Part shown: positions 29,166-38,707 of the stretch, piece by piece | Position numbering within the stretch: the first letter of the stretch is position 1 | Layout of the letters: each line of letters opens with the position of its first letter | Virus record (IMG/VR): IMGVR_UViG_2788499951_000002 | Coordinates: 64,001 to 128,000 of that record | Source: a virus | Taxonomy: Duplodnaviria; Caudoviricetes | Reading direction: 5' to 3' (one strand) | DNA length: 64,000 bases | Notes under the pieces: generated by a model | The model's input: the letters and a program-made list of their open reading frames with translations, nothing else | What the model was told of the DNA's origin: nothing | The model's database searches: none | Program-made: the position numbers and the translations under genes

Positions 29166-30374
29166 ATGAACAAGACAGAAGCAGATTATGCAGCCCAGAT
29201 CCTGACGACTCCCAATGAGTTCTTCGCGTATGCGATGTCGAAGCTCGCAGAAGGGATTCCGAAGGCCGTCATCGCTCGAATCCTCATGGTCTCGCCCCGT
29301 ACCGTGGGTCGAATGGTTGAGCGAGTCGAATCAATCGTTGGTACCGGCGCACTGGTAAGTGTCGAGGACTTCAAGAAAGCCCATACGGCCATGAAGTCGA
29401 AGTTCGATAGCGGATGGACTCCGTGGAATCTCCTCAGTGAGAAGATCGGTCGCGAGGGATACAAAGTCAAATGGACCAAGTCCGATCCGTCAGAGACTGT
29501 TGAGGAGCCGCTCTGGACCAAGGCCGAGCCGTTATCGGAAGAAGAGTCTCTTCCGGTTGAAAAGGTGACCGAGGATACCACCGAAGAGGACGCCACGTAC
29601 ACATTCGTACTGACGTCTCGCTCACTGGTCATCACTCGTCATCCCGATGGCACTGAACGCCCTGAGAGCATCACGATTCTTCCAAGTGATAAGGCGTTCC
29701 AAGACGCATGTGCGGAACTGATGATCATCGCCACCATGGGTGAGGATCCTGAAGCCGAGCAGCGAGAACTGAAGGCACTGTTCAAGAAGCACTCCAAGGT
29801 GGAACGCCTCAAGGAGATCAATCTGGGTAAGGTCCATGTCGACTTCGAAAAAGGCGTGGTCATGGTCAAGCTGTCTGATGGCAGCACAGTACCGGCATCC
29901 GGTGGGGTTGTGACTCGCATCCTCGAAGAGGAAGGGGACCGACTGGTCAAGTTCCTCGACAATCTGTACGAGAATCCGTCATACACCGCCATCACTGGCC
30001 TGTTCGACTTCCTCGAGGCAACAGACATCCAGATCGACGATGAAGGGTATGTGATTGCGATGAAGGTCATCACCCATGACTATCTCGACAAGCACACACG
30101 GACGATGGACAACTCCGTAGGGACGACAGTGAAGATGGATCGCCGTCTGGTCGATGACAATCCGGATTCACTGTGCAGTTCCGGCCTACATGCATGCAGT
30201 GAGTCATACATCGAAGGGTTCCGCAGTGGTAATGATCGACTCGTCAAGGTCCGGATTCACCCCAAGGACTTCGTCTCTGTCCCGAAGGCTTACACCCGAA
30301 CCGTCGAGGGCGGAAGTGTGGCATCAAAGGCCCGCGTGTGTGAGTATGTGGTGATCGAAGAAGTCAAAGATTGA
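29166..30374 (+). CDS. rIIB: rIIB protein
   Basis: N-terminal HTH; ENPS, LFDFL, DNSVG, VDDNP..CSSGLH, VSVP, KARVCEYVV. Confidence 0.9.
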   Translation: MNKTEADYAAQILTTPNEFFAYAMSKLAEGIPKAVIARILMVSPRTVGRMVERVESIVGTGALVSVEDFKKAHTAMKSKFDSGWTPWNLLSEKIGREGYKVKWTKSDPSETVEEPLWTKAEPLSEEESLPVEKVTEDTTEEDATYTFVLTSRSLVITRHPDGTERPESITILPSDKAFQDACAELMIIATMGEDPEAEQRELKALFKKHSKVERLKEINLGKVHVDFEKGVVMVKLSDGSTVPASGGVVTRILEEEGDRLVKFLDNLYENPSYTAITGLFDFLEATDIQIDDEGYVIAMKVITHDYLDKHTRTMDNSVGTTVKMDRRLVDDNPDSLCSSGLHACSESYIEGFRSGNDRLVKVRIHPKDFVSVPKAYTRTVEGGSVASKARVCEYVVIEEVKD

Positions 30375-30388
30375 TGTCAATTTGGCAG

Positions 30389-30448
30389 TTGACATGTGCA
30401 CAATATGTGGTATGATGTGTGCCTATGGGGGACTAAATAGTCCCCCAT
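30389..30448 (+). promoter_or_regulatory. early promoter plus hairpin containing a late-promoter-like TAAATA
   Basis: TTGACA-16-TATGAT, then ATGGGGGACTAAATAGTCCCCCAT. Confidence 0.6.
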
Positions 30449-30489
30449 TTTGAGAAAGACATAGCAAAGTTATCCCAACAGGAGAAGTC

Positions 30490-33400
30490 ATGACAGCACC
30501 GATCAAAGTCACCAAGCGTAGCGGCAAGACAGCAGAACTCGACATCGAGCGTATCCACAAGGTAGTCGAATGGGCATGTGAGGGGATCACCGGTGTTTCC
30601 ATCTCCGACATCGTCCTCTCAGCCAAACTGAAGTTTTACAACCGTATTCCCACCCGTGAGATTCATTCATCCCTGATCGACACTGCAGAAGAACTCACCA
30701 CTGTCGACACACCCAACTATGACAAGGTCGCCGCCCGCCTCTATGGCTTCGATCTCCGCAAGCGAGTGTATGGCTCATTTGAGGCACCTGAACGTTACAG
30801 CAAGCTGTTCACTTCTCTGATCAAGAAGGGTCTCTATACCAAAGAGTTCGGTGACATCCCGAAGGCATTCATCGACCGCCTGTGGGACAAACATGTCAAA
30901 CAGGATAACGAGTATGAGATCCCGTGTTATGGTCTCAAGCAGCTCGAGAAGAAGTACTGTGTGACCAGCCGCACCACAGGAAAGGTACACGAGACGCCCT
31001 CAATGGTGTACTTCCGTGCAGCACTGGTTGGGGCCATGCAGCGACATGTGAAGATGGATTACATGTCTGAGGAGTATCTGAATGCCGTCGAGACGACTTT
31101 CAAAGTTTACCTCGACCAGTTCGCAAACGACGCAGAGAACAGTCTTCCGTCCCCGATCATGAACGGTGTCGGTACTCCTCTCCGTCAGTACTCCAGCTGT
31201 ACTGGTATCGATGTGGGTGACTCCATCCCCTCGATCAATGCGGGGTCTGCGTCCATCGTGACATACGTGACCCAGCGTGCAGGAATCGGTGCAAACGTGG
31301 GGCGGATTCGTGCAATCGGTGAGGACGTTCGTGGTGGGGAGGTTCGCCACACTGGTCTGGTGCCGTTCATCAAGAAGCTTCAGGGTGATGTTCACTGTGT
31401 CTCTCAGGGCGGATACCGCAAGTCAGCCGCAACGATGTTCTTCCCAATCTGGCACTTCGAGTTCCCCGAACTGGTCGTGCTGAAGGACAACACGCTGGTT
31501 GAAGAGACCACGGCTCGCCATCTGGACTATGGCATCACGATCAACGGGTACTTCTATGAGAAGCTCCTGAGAGGAGAGGACATCACACTGATCTCTCCGC
31601 ATCATGAGAATCATCGTCTGTATGAGGCATTCGCACTCGGTAAAGACGAGTTCGCCGAAGTGTACGAAGAGATGATTGCCAATCCGAAGTACCGCACCCG
31701 TCGCTACAGTGCTGCTGAGATCTTCACCCAGATGTTCCTGATGCAGCGCAAGGAAACCGGTCGGATCTACTTCGTAAACATTGACCATGCGAATGCTCAT
31801 GGTGCGTTCGATCCGACAAAGGCTCCGGTTCACTTCAGTAACCTCTGTGTGGCCCCTGAGACGCTGATCCTGACTGACCAAGGGTATCAGGTCATCTCGG
31901 AGCTGGAAGGGCAGGAAGTGGCCGTATGGAACGGTGAGGAGTTCTCCAAGACCACGGTTCAGAAGACCGGTAAGAACCAGAAGCTGATCACGGTCAAGAC
32001 TGACAGCGGACAGGAGCTGACGTGTACCGAGTACCACAAGTTCTACCTGAAGGATGGACGTAAGAAGAAGCCGAAGGAAGTTCGAGCTGCTGAACTGAAG
32101 GAAGGTGATATCCTCATCCCATTCGAACTGCCCCTCATCGAGGGATATGAGATGATAGAGACACCGTTCGAGAAAGGAAGATCACTGACTGACATCCCGA
32201 CCGTTCGAGCCAGCAAAGAAGATCGCATCGATTGGTTGAATGGTGCATTCGTCGAAGCTGGTGAGATCGTAGAAGGTGATGCCCATTACGCGATGCCCCG
32301 TGAGATCGCGACAGAAGTACAGCTGATGATCCAGACGCTTGGTATTCATAGTCGTCTGACCGAATCCGGCCTGATGGTCGAGGGAAGAGAGTTTAAAGAA
32401 CTCGTTGATCTCGGCGCGAATCCGAAAACTGGATTGATCACCAAGGCTCTGACTCCGGTCAAAGTCACCGAGGTGGTCGACAACGGTCGGACTGATGACA
32501 CTTACTGCTTCACCGAAGAGAAGCGCCACATGGGTATGTTCAACGGGCTGCTGACTGGTCAGTGTTTGGAGATCCTGCTTCCGGCATCCCCGATGCAGTT
32601 CTTCAATGATCCGTCTGGTGAGATCTTCCTGTGTACTCTGGCCAACATCAACATGGGCACTGTGAAGATTGAGGATCTCCAGCGGGTGTGTTACAACACC
32701 GTCCGCTATCTGGATGACCTGCTGGACTATCAGGACTATCCGACTGAATCTGCACGATTCTGGGCGACCAAGCGACGTGCACTCGGCATTGGTATCAACA
32801 ACTATGCGTACTGGCTGGCTCGTCAGAGTCTCAAGTACGGGGAGAAAGAAGCCCTCGAGAAGACCCATGAGTACATGGAGGCGATGCAGTACTGGTTGAT
32901 TGATGCATCTGCAGAGATCGCCAAGGAGAAAGGACGTTGTGAGCTGTTCGATGATACCAAGTATTCACAGGGCATCCTCCCCTGCGACGCTGGGGCATAC
33001 AAGGAAGATGTTGATACCCTTGGTGACTTCGAACTGAAGATGGACTGGGAAGCACTTCGTGAGAAGGTCAAGGAGCACGGTATGCGCAACTCTACCCTGA
33101 GTGCCATTCCGCCGTCCGAGACTTCCTCTCAGGTGATCAAACATGGTGCCACGAACAGTGTAGAACAGGCCCGAGCATTGATCACCCGTCGCTCCAACAA
33201 GGATATCTCCGGCAAGACGATGGTGCCTGAACTGACGCGACTCAAGAACAAGTATGACCTGCTGTGGGACCATGCATCCCCCGAGGGTTATCTGTTCACC
33301 ATCGCGGTGATCCAGAAGTGGGTCGATCAGTCAATCAGTGCCAACTTCTCTTACAATCCGCGACTCTGGGAGAATGGTGACATCCCGATGAGTCAGATGG

Positions 33401-33546
33401 TTCGAGATCTCCTGATGGCGTACAAGTATGGCCTAAAGACCGGCTACTACCACAACACCAACAAGGAATCCGGCATCTCCGAGGACGAGGCTCAGGAGAA
33501 TCCGGATGACGCAATGGGCTGCGAAGGTGGCGGCTGTGACGTGTAA
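30490..33546 (+). CDS. nrdA: class Ia ribonucleotide reductase alpha subunit with intein
   Basis: ATP cone VTKRSG, PSPIM, SSC, SQGG.R, SNL|C...Q|CLEI, CTLA, PSETSS, LKTGYY, C-terminal CEGGGC. Confidence 0.95.
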   Translation: MTAPIKVTKRSGKTAELDIERIHKVVEWACEGITGVSISDIVLSAKLKFYNRIPTREIHSSLIDTAEELTTVDTPNYDKVAARLYGFDLRKRVYGSFEAPERYSKLFTSLIKKGLYTKEFGDIPKAFIDRLWDKHVKQDNEYEIPCYGLKQLEKKYCVTSRTTGKVHETPSMVYFRAALVGAMQRHVKMDYMSEEYLNAVETTFKVYLDQFANDAENSLPSPIMNGVGTPLRQYSSCTGIDVGDSIPSINAGSASIVTYVTQRAGIGANVGRIRAIGEDVRGGEVRHTGLVPFIKKLQGDVHCVSQGGYRKSAATMFFPIWHFEFPELVVLKDNTLVEETTARHLDYGITINGYFYEKLLRGEDITLISPHHENHRLYEAFALGKDEFAEVYEEMIANPKYRTRRYSAAEIFTQMFLMQRKETGRIYFVNIDHANAHGAFDPTKAPVHFSNLCVAPETLILTDQGYQVISELEGQEVAVWNGEEFSKTTVQKTGKNQKLITVKTDSGQELTCTEYHKFYLKDGRKKKPKEVRAAELKEGDILIPFELPLIEGYEMIETPFEKGRSLTDIPTVRASKEDRIDWLNGAFVEAGEIVEGDAHYAMPREIATEVQLMIQTLGIHSRLTESGLMVEGREFKELVDLGANPKTGLITKALTPVKVTEVVDNGRTDDTYCFTEEKRHMGMFNGLLTGQCLEILLPASPMQFFNDPSGEIFLCTLANINMGTVKIEDLQRVCYNTVRYLDDLLDYQDYPTESARFWATKRRALGIGINNYAYWLARQSLKYGEKEALEKTHEYMEAMQYWLIDASAEIAKEKGRCELFDDTKYSQGILPCDAGAYKEDVDTLGDFELKMDWEALREKVKEHGMRNSTLSAIPPSETSSQVIKHGATNSVEQARALITRRSNKDISGKTMVPELTRLKNKYDLLWDHASPEGYLFTIAVIQKWVDQSISANFSYNPRLWENGDIPMSQMVRDLLMAYKYGLKTGYYHNTNKESGISEDEAQENPDDAMGCEGGGCDV
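31846..32562 (+). mobile_element. intein (239 aa) in NrdA, ending in Gln
   Basis: CVAPETLILT...CTEYHKF...HMGMFNGLLTGQ followed by the Cys of NLCxEI. Confidence 0.9.
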
Positions 33547-33634
33547 TAACTAGACCAGCATTGACAACGACGTAAGTTTTGGGAGGGGCCATCGGTCCCT
33601 CCTTTCTTCTGTAACGACCAAGGAAACGATTTAA

Positions 33635-34711
33635 ATGAAACTCAAAACATTCCCTACCCAGACCAAATCACACACAGAAAAAGAGATGTTCTTCGATGAC
33701 GGCGTGGATGTTGCACGCTATGATGTTGTGAAGTATCCGGTATTCTCCCGCCTCTCCAAGGAGCAGTTCGGCTTCACATGGGGGCCGGAAGAGATCTCAC
33801 TGGCAGCGGATGTTGTCAACTTCCGAAAGTTCGATGCGGCAAAGGAACACATCTTCACTGCAAACCTCAAGCGCCAAATCCTGCTGGATTCCATCCAAGG
33901 TCGTGGCCCTCTGGAAGCCCTGCTCCCGATCTGCTCACTCCCTGAGCTTGAGAACTGGTTCATTCGCTGGTCTGCTTCCGAGGTTGTTCACAGTGAGACC
34001 TATGTGTACATGATCCGTGCATTGTACACAAACCCGAGTTACGTTTTCGACAACCTGAGGTCCATCCCCGAGATTGAGGAGTGTGCAGCCTCCATCACCC
34101 CGTACTACGACAATCTGATTCACTTCGATGGTGAATATGGCAGCAAGGCTCACCGCAAGGCATTGTGGATGTGTCTGAATGCCATCAACGCACTCGAGGC
34201 GGTTCGATTCTATGTCTCATTCGCATGCACCTATGCGTTCGGGAAGGCGGGTCTTCTGACTGGTTGTGCGGACGAGATCCGCCTGATCAATCAGGATGAA
34301 GATCTTCACCGTAAGGGCACCACCGAGATGATCAAGCATCTCCTCAAGGAGAACCCGATCTACACCGAGATCCGTGATGAGTGTGAAGAAGAAGTCACCC
34401 AGATGTTCGTTGATGTGATTGAACAGGAATGTGCATGGGCTGACTATCTGTTCAAGGAAGGCTCCATGCTGGGCTTGACAGCTCCGCTACTGAAGGAGTA
34501 TGTTCGCTGGGTAGGAACCAAGCGTATGCGTGGTGTTGGTCTGAAGTCCCCGTACAAGATCAGCCAGCACAATCCTCTGCCTTGGGTTGATGAGTACGTC
34601 AACGAGGCGAACTCCCAGAAGTCCCCTCAGGAAGAAGGACTGACTTCATACGAGAAAGGCCGTGTCGTGCAGGACTTCGACACCAGCAACTTTGCAGATT
34701 TTTCACTCTAA
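33635..34711 (+). CDS. nrdB: ribonucleotide reductase beta subunit
   Basis: W.PEE, LKRQILLDSIQGR, EVVHSETY, LEAVRFYVSFAC, DEDLH, PQE. Confidence 0.95.
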   Translation: MKLKTFPTQTKSHTEKEMFFDDGVDVARYDVVKYPVFSRLSKEQFGFTWGPEEISLAADVVNFRKFDAAKEHIFTANLKRQILLDSIQGRGPLEALLPICSLPELENWFIRWSASEVVHSETYVYMIRALYTNPSYVFDNLRSIPEIEECAASITPYYDNLIHFDGEYGSKAHRKALWMCLNAINALEAVRFYVSFACTYAFGKAGLLTGCADEIRLINQDEDLHRKGTTEMIKHLLKENPIYTEIRDECEEEVTQMFVDVIEQECAWADYLFKEGSMLGLTAPLLKEYVRWVGTKRMRGVGLKSPYKISQHNPLPWVDEYVNEANSQKSPQEEGLTSYEKGRVVQDFDTSNFADFSL

Positions 34712-34721
34712 GGAGAAGCAT

Positions 34722-35033
34722 ATGAAATTCGTGATCTATGGTCGTACTGTCCCCAACTGCATCTACTGTGACAAGGCGAAAGAAACTCTCGATTCGATCC
34801 AGTATGCAGAATACACATTCATCGACGTGACTGCTGATCCTCGACTGTTGGACTGGTTCAAGGAAGTCGATACTCGTCATACAACATTCCCTCAGGTCTA
34901 TGTCGAAGATGAGAAGACCGGCACCCTCCGATATGTGGGTGGGTACACCGAGCTGAGTGGTTTCCTCGAAGAGAACCGAGCGGCTATGGCGGAAGCGGCC
35001 ATGTCAGCCATCCCAGACGGGTTCACCCTGTAA
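34722..35033 (+). CDS. glutaredoxin
   Basis: CIYC, TFPQV, VGGYTEL. Confidence 0.9.
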   Translation: MKFVIYGRTVPNCIYCDKAKETLDSIQYAEYTFIDVTADPRLLDWFKEVDTRHTTFPQVYVEDEKTGTLRYVGGYTELSGFLEENRAAMAEAAMSAIPDGFTL

Positions 35034-35040
35034 GACATTC

Positions 35041-35080
35041 AATCCCTCGACTTGACGGTCGGGGGATTTTTGTTTATAGT
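35041..35080 (+). promoter_or_regulatory. terminator hairpin with nested sigma70 promoter
   Basis: AATCCCTCGAC-TTGACG-GTCGGGGGATT-TTT; TTGACG-17-TATAGT. Confidence 0.65.
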
Positions 35081-35107
35081 GTGCGAAACAAACTGATAGG
35101 AGACATC

Positions 35108-36358
35108 ATGACAAAGTCAAAATCCCCCATCGCCGTTCGGGACTTGCTGTCCCCAGTGGCACACAAGAAACTGCGAGCAACGATGAGTTCTGCAGACCGC
35201 AAGGAGTTGGAAGGATTCTTTCATCGCGCACAGTTGATGAAAGGCCGTATGGTGGGATTCTCACTCGTACCTCTCATGCTGCCGAGACGGCACCTGCAGA
35301 CAGTCGCTCCCATCAGTGGGGAGGTTGAGGACAGGATCACGACCGGTCACTACAGCATCGATACACACATTCGCTCGACTGACATCGCGTCCGGCGTCAT
35401 CCCCTCGGTCAAAACGCTCCTTGGTCCACTCAAGGATGAGGTCTTGATGCCCGAGGACGGATTCATTGATACCTCCAATCTGAGCGGTGTGGGTCAGGGT
35501 GATCCGATGGTGTGCATCAGTGAGAAGTCATTCATGAATGCGGTAAGTTGGATGACAGAGCACTACTCCCTAGTCGATTCGATTGAGGACTGCCGGTTGG
35601 TCATGATCGATGACATTTCGTCTATGGGCCTCACCAGCCGTCCGTATGAATTCTTGGCGATGATGGGGTTCTTTCCGATTGGAGGAGTCACATCCCAATA
35701 CTACCTGTTTGACGGCGTGGAATACCATAACTCGTGCGTCCGGAACGGTAATGTCCCAATGACGTCATCGAAAGACCCTTACGCGTTTCTGGATGCAGAT
35801 GATCCTTGGAACCAGCTCAAATCCGCGAAGATGTTTGGACATCTCAACTGCTGGAACGGGGTACTCACTCTCGACCTTCCAGTGTTCTTCTTGGTCCCCA
35901 AAGATCTGTATGACTGGGATGAGGATGAACTGACTGGACAGATCATGGAATCGATGCTGAATGTCCCTGCTCGGGCTGCGGTGGATAGAATTGCTTCCAA
36001 GACTGCCTATGAGTTGACTCACAATATCAAGTCCATCCTCGATAAGAAGAATGAGCCTGTACTGAACGCATTAGCACGGGAGATTCGTGACCTCGATATG
36101 AAATTGAGTGCGTTGAAGTTCACTCTGGAGCGAGTTCAGGAATCCATCAATGATGAACTGAGTGAATTGACAGACGTCGACGTCAAAGTTGCACAGGCGG
36201 ATGCACTGCTCGCGGTGGAGGAGGAATCCTTAGACTTCATGACGCCGTTTCATACTCGTTACCTTCTGGCAAAGGCGGCATCGCTGGAGGCTCCGAACTA
36301 TGAGCACTCACTGATCAAACTCAACTACACCATCAATGGGAATTCCTCAAATGACTAA
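35108..36358 (+). CDS. hypothetical protein with C-terminal coiled coil
   Basis: ~416 aa ORF, AGGAG RBS. Confidence 0.7.
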   Translation: MTKSKSPIAVRDLLSPVAHKKLRATMSSADRKELEGFFHRAQLMKGRMVGFSLVPLMLPRRHLQTVAPISGEVEDRITTGHYSIDTHIRSTDIASGVIPSVKTLLGPLKDEVLMPEDGFIDTSNLSGVGQGDPMVCISEKSFMNAVSWMTEHYSLVDSIEDCRLVMIDDISSMGLTSRPYEFLAMMGFFPIGGVTSQYYLFDGVEYHNSCVRNGNVPMTSSKDPYAFLDADDPWNQLKSAKMFGHLNCWNGVLTLDLPVFFLVPKDLYDWDEDELTGQIMESMLNVPARAAVDRIASKTAYELTHNIKSILDKKNEPVLNALAREIRDLDMKLSALKFTLERVQESINDELSELTDVDVKVAQADALLAVEEESLDFMTPFHTRYLLAKAASLEAPNYEHSLIKLNYTINGNSSND

Positions 36359-36578
36359 CGGAAGATATGTGCGTTCGGTGATTCTCTTCATCGTGGACGA
36401 AATTCTCAAGGCACCTGAGATGTCGGTGTATTCGAAGAAGAAGCGCATCCACGACGCACTGATGAGCCATGATGTCATTGAGCGGAATGACGACGGAACT
36501 CCTATCGTTGAACTTGGTGATGTTGAATTAACGAAAGAATGGGTAGAGAGCATCATTGCGTTGAGCACACTGGAATAA
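36351..36578 (+). CDS. hypothetical protein (ends ALSTLE*)
   Basis: Short ORF overlapping the previous stop. Confidence 0.5.
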   Translation: MTNGRYVRSVILFIVDEILKAPEMSVYSKKKRIHDALMSHDVIERNDDGTPIVELGDVELTKEWVESIIALSTLE

Positions 36579-36609
36579 GTAGTACCCAGACTAGGAGGAG
36601 ACGCGTCCG

Positions 36610-37254
36610 ATGACAGCAAAGAAACAACACCAAGAGGCGCTAGGTAAGGGATACCTAGTAATCCCGAAAGACCCAAAGGCAGCGAGAGTCTTGGATGACA
36701 GACGCCGCTATGTGAGAGGAGGAGCATTGATCTTCTATGGCGACATGGAGAAGATCAGGCAGCTGTGTGAGATCAGATATGATTCATGGGTGGCCCCCTC
36801 CAATATGCCCCAGACGAAGGACGGCATAGATGGGGAGACCATTCACATCGATTCTGGTTTGAGTCGTGCAATCTCAACGACCGTCCGCCTTAGCACCTAC
36901 GAACTCTACATCGAGTCCAAGACTGAGCAACACGTCGTCCTGACGCATGCTCCCGTTCTCGGGTTCGTTGAGGTGTCGAAGAAAGTGACTGATTTCCTGA
37001 AGGAGAAGACAATCACCACCGATTGTGACTTCGGCCAGACACTAGTTGAGTGGTGGGAGTTCTGGAAGTCTCCGGTTTGTATGGCCCGTGACAGGACATA
37101 CATCGGGAAGACTTCAATTGAAAAGCAGGCGAGATACAAGCGACATGAGGTAGACTGGTTCAATATCGACAATCCACTTGAATTCAATTCTGCGATCTGT
37201 CGGCTTTGGACTGAGCCTCGTCTGGACGATGGAACATCTCAGAGAGCAGCATGA
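36610..37254 (+). CDS. hypothetical protein
   Basis: 214 aa, AGGAGG RBS. Confidence 0.7.
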   Translation: MTAKKQHQEALGKGYLVIPKDPKAARVLDDRRRYVRGGALIFYGDMEKIRQLCEIRYDSWVAPSNMPQTKDGIDGETIHIDSGLSRAISTTVRLSTYELYIESKTEQHVVLTHAPVLGFVEVSKKVTDFLKEKTITTDCDFGQTLVEWWEFWKSPVCMARDRTYIGKTSIEKQARYKRHEVDWFNIDNPLEFNSAICRLWTEPRLDDGTSQRAA

Positions 37255-37256
37255 CG

Positions 37257-37293
37257 AACGGGGGTTGACATCAGTCAGCCCCCGTTTTATATT
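37257..37293 (+). promoter_or_regulatory. terminator hairpin with nested sigma70 promoter
   Basis: AACGGGGGTTGAC-ATCA-GTCAGCCCCCGTT-TT; TTGACA-17-TATATT. Confidence 0.65.
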
Positions 37294-37316
37294 GTTCATA
37301 CAGAAAGGAGAAACAC

Positions 37317-37532
37317 ATGGCATACTATAGCTGGAAAGAACTCAGAGACGTGTTAATGTCTTGTGGTAAATTGGATCAATTTGGTGAACCAATCGACAAA
37401 GATGCCCACGGAGACTTACTCGAGTGCGATTATGATGGAAACATCCATGAGATCGCAGCGGATACCATCCGTGGACTCGTCGAAGAGAACAAGGAACTCA
37501 AGGCCAAACTCACTCAGGAACAATCAAAATGA
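37317..37532 (+). CDS. hypothetical protein
   Basis: 71 aa, AAGGAG RBS. Confidence 0.65.
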   Translation: MAYYSWKELRDVLMSCGKLDQFGEPIDKDAHGDLLECDYDGNIHEIAADTIRGLVEENKELKAKLTQEQSK

Positions 37533-38056
37533 CAACCTGTATCGTTGATTTCGACACGAAGACTATATACACCGATGACCTTCAGACTCGGTACCATAAG
37601 GAGGTAACGACCTCCTCATTTGGATTCAAGAAGGTGAGTCGTGATGTCGGCCTTGGGTTCGCCCCCACCGAGAAGATCCGAATGACAGCCAATGGGTGCA
37701 CTGTCGTCGCTGCTGGGTGCGCCACCACTCTCGACGAGTTCGCCCGAGGGTATCCCAACAAGATACCCAAAGCACCCAAATCAAACACCACCATCCTCGT
37801 CTGTCAGGTTGTTGGTGACACGTTCAGAGTGATTTCATACCAAAGTCGCGTCGGAGTATTCCGCAACCGCTGGGAGATCGACGTGATCAGCCCCCTGAAA
37901 CGCCATATCGCAATTGGCTCTGGATCTGAGTATGCTGCTGGTGCACTGGCTGCTGGTGCAACTCCTGAGAACGCCATCATCGCAGCCAGTAAGCTTGATC
38001 ACTATACCAGTGCGAACGTGACAGGTTACAAAGTCGTTGATCCACGGACAGTGTGA
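37529..38056 (+). CDS. HslV/proteasome-beta-like Ntn threonine peptidase
   Basis: N-terminal MTT, EKI, AAG, AIGSGSEYAAGAL..A..AI..A.KLD.YT. Confidence 0.8.
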   Translation: MTTCIVDFDTKTIYTDDLQTRYHKEVTTSSFGFKKVSRDVGLGFAPTEKIRMTANGCTVVAAGCATTLDEFARGYPNKIPKAPKSNTTILVCQVVGDTFRVISYQSRVGVFRNRWEIDVISPLKRHIAIGSGSEYAAGALAAGATPENAIIAASKLDHYTSANVTGYKVVDPRTV

Positions 38057-38235
38057 TGTGGAAGAGAATCAAGGCATTCCTGAAACGCCGTAAGGACAGG
38101 AACCAGAAGGCCCGATTTCGCGGTAAGGTCGGGCCTTCTGGTGATGTGACGTTCAATGGTGGTGGTCTCAATATCACCAAGTCTGACATAGAAGAAATCA
38201 AGAGACTCAGGAGGGAGTCCATCGATGAAAGATAA
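38056..38235 (+). CDS. small basic hypothetical protein
   Basis: Coupled ORF MWKRIKAFLKRR... Confidence 0.5.
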   Translation: MWKRIKAFLKRRKDRNQKARFRGKVGPSGDVTFNGGGLNITKSDIEEIKRLRRESIDER

Positions 38236-38641
38236 GATGAAATTGGCGTACATGAAGACGGCAGAGGTGTTCGCAGAATGCTCTCCTGCGGTTCGTCTTC
38301 AAGTGGGCGCAGTACTGGTCAAGAACAATCGAATCATCTCATGTGGATATAATGCACTCCCAGCTCATCTGGATGGTTCATGTGAAATCGAGAATGAGGA
38401 TGGGTCACTGACGACCCGACATGAGGTGATCCATGCCGAGGACAACACCCTGCGAGGATTGATTCAATCCAATGAATCATCACAGGGTTCAATCATCTTT
38501 ATCACCCATGCCCCATGTGAGAATTGTGCCAGTCTGATTGTCCAAAGTGGCATCATCAAGGTTTTCTACCGCCATATCTACCGATGTGACCGAGGGCTTG
38601 AATACCTCAGACAGTATGGCATCGAAGTCGAAAAAATCTGA
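38225..38641 (+). CDS. dCMP deaminase
   Basis: VGAVLV, GYN, HAEDN, PCENC. Confidence 0.92.
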   Translation: MKDKMKLAYMKTAEVFAECSPAVRLQVGAVLVKNNRIISCGYNALPAHLDGSCEIENEDGSLTTRHEVIHAEDNTLRGLIQSNESSQGSIIFITHAPCENCASLIVQSGIIKVFYRHIYRCDRGLEYLRQYGIEVEKI

Positions 38642-38707
38642 AGAAAGTGGTTGCAAGTTTGGTAAGTCGGCGGTAGAATGATCACATCAACTCAAAGAGG
38701 AGACGCA

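Noticed and set aside
33635-34711. NrdB C-terminus (ADFSL*) as a member of the motif family
   Set aside because: Position -4 is Asp rather than hydrophobic, and this tail is the known NrdA-binding peptide of NrdB.
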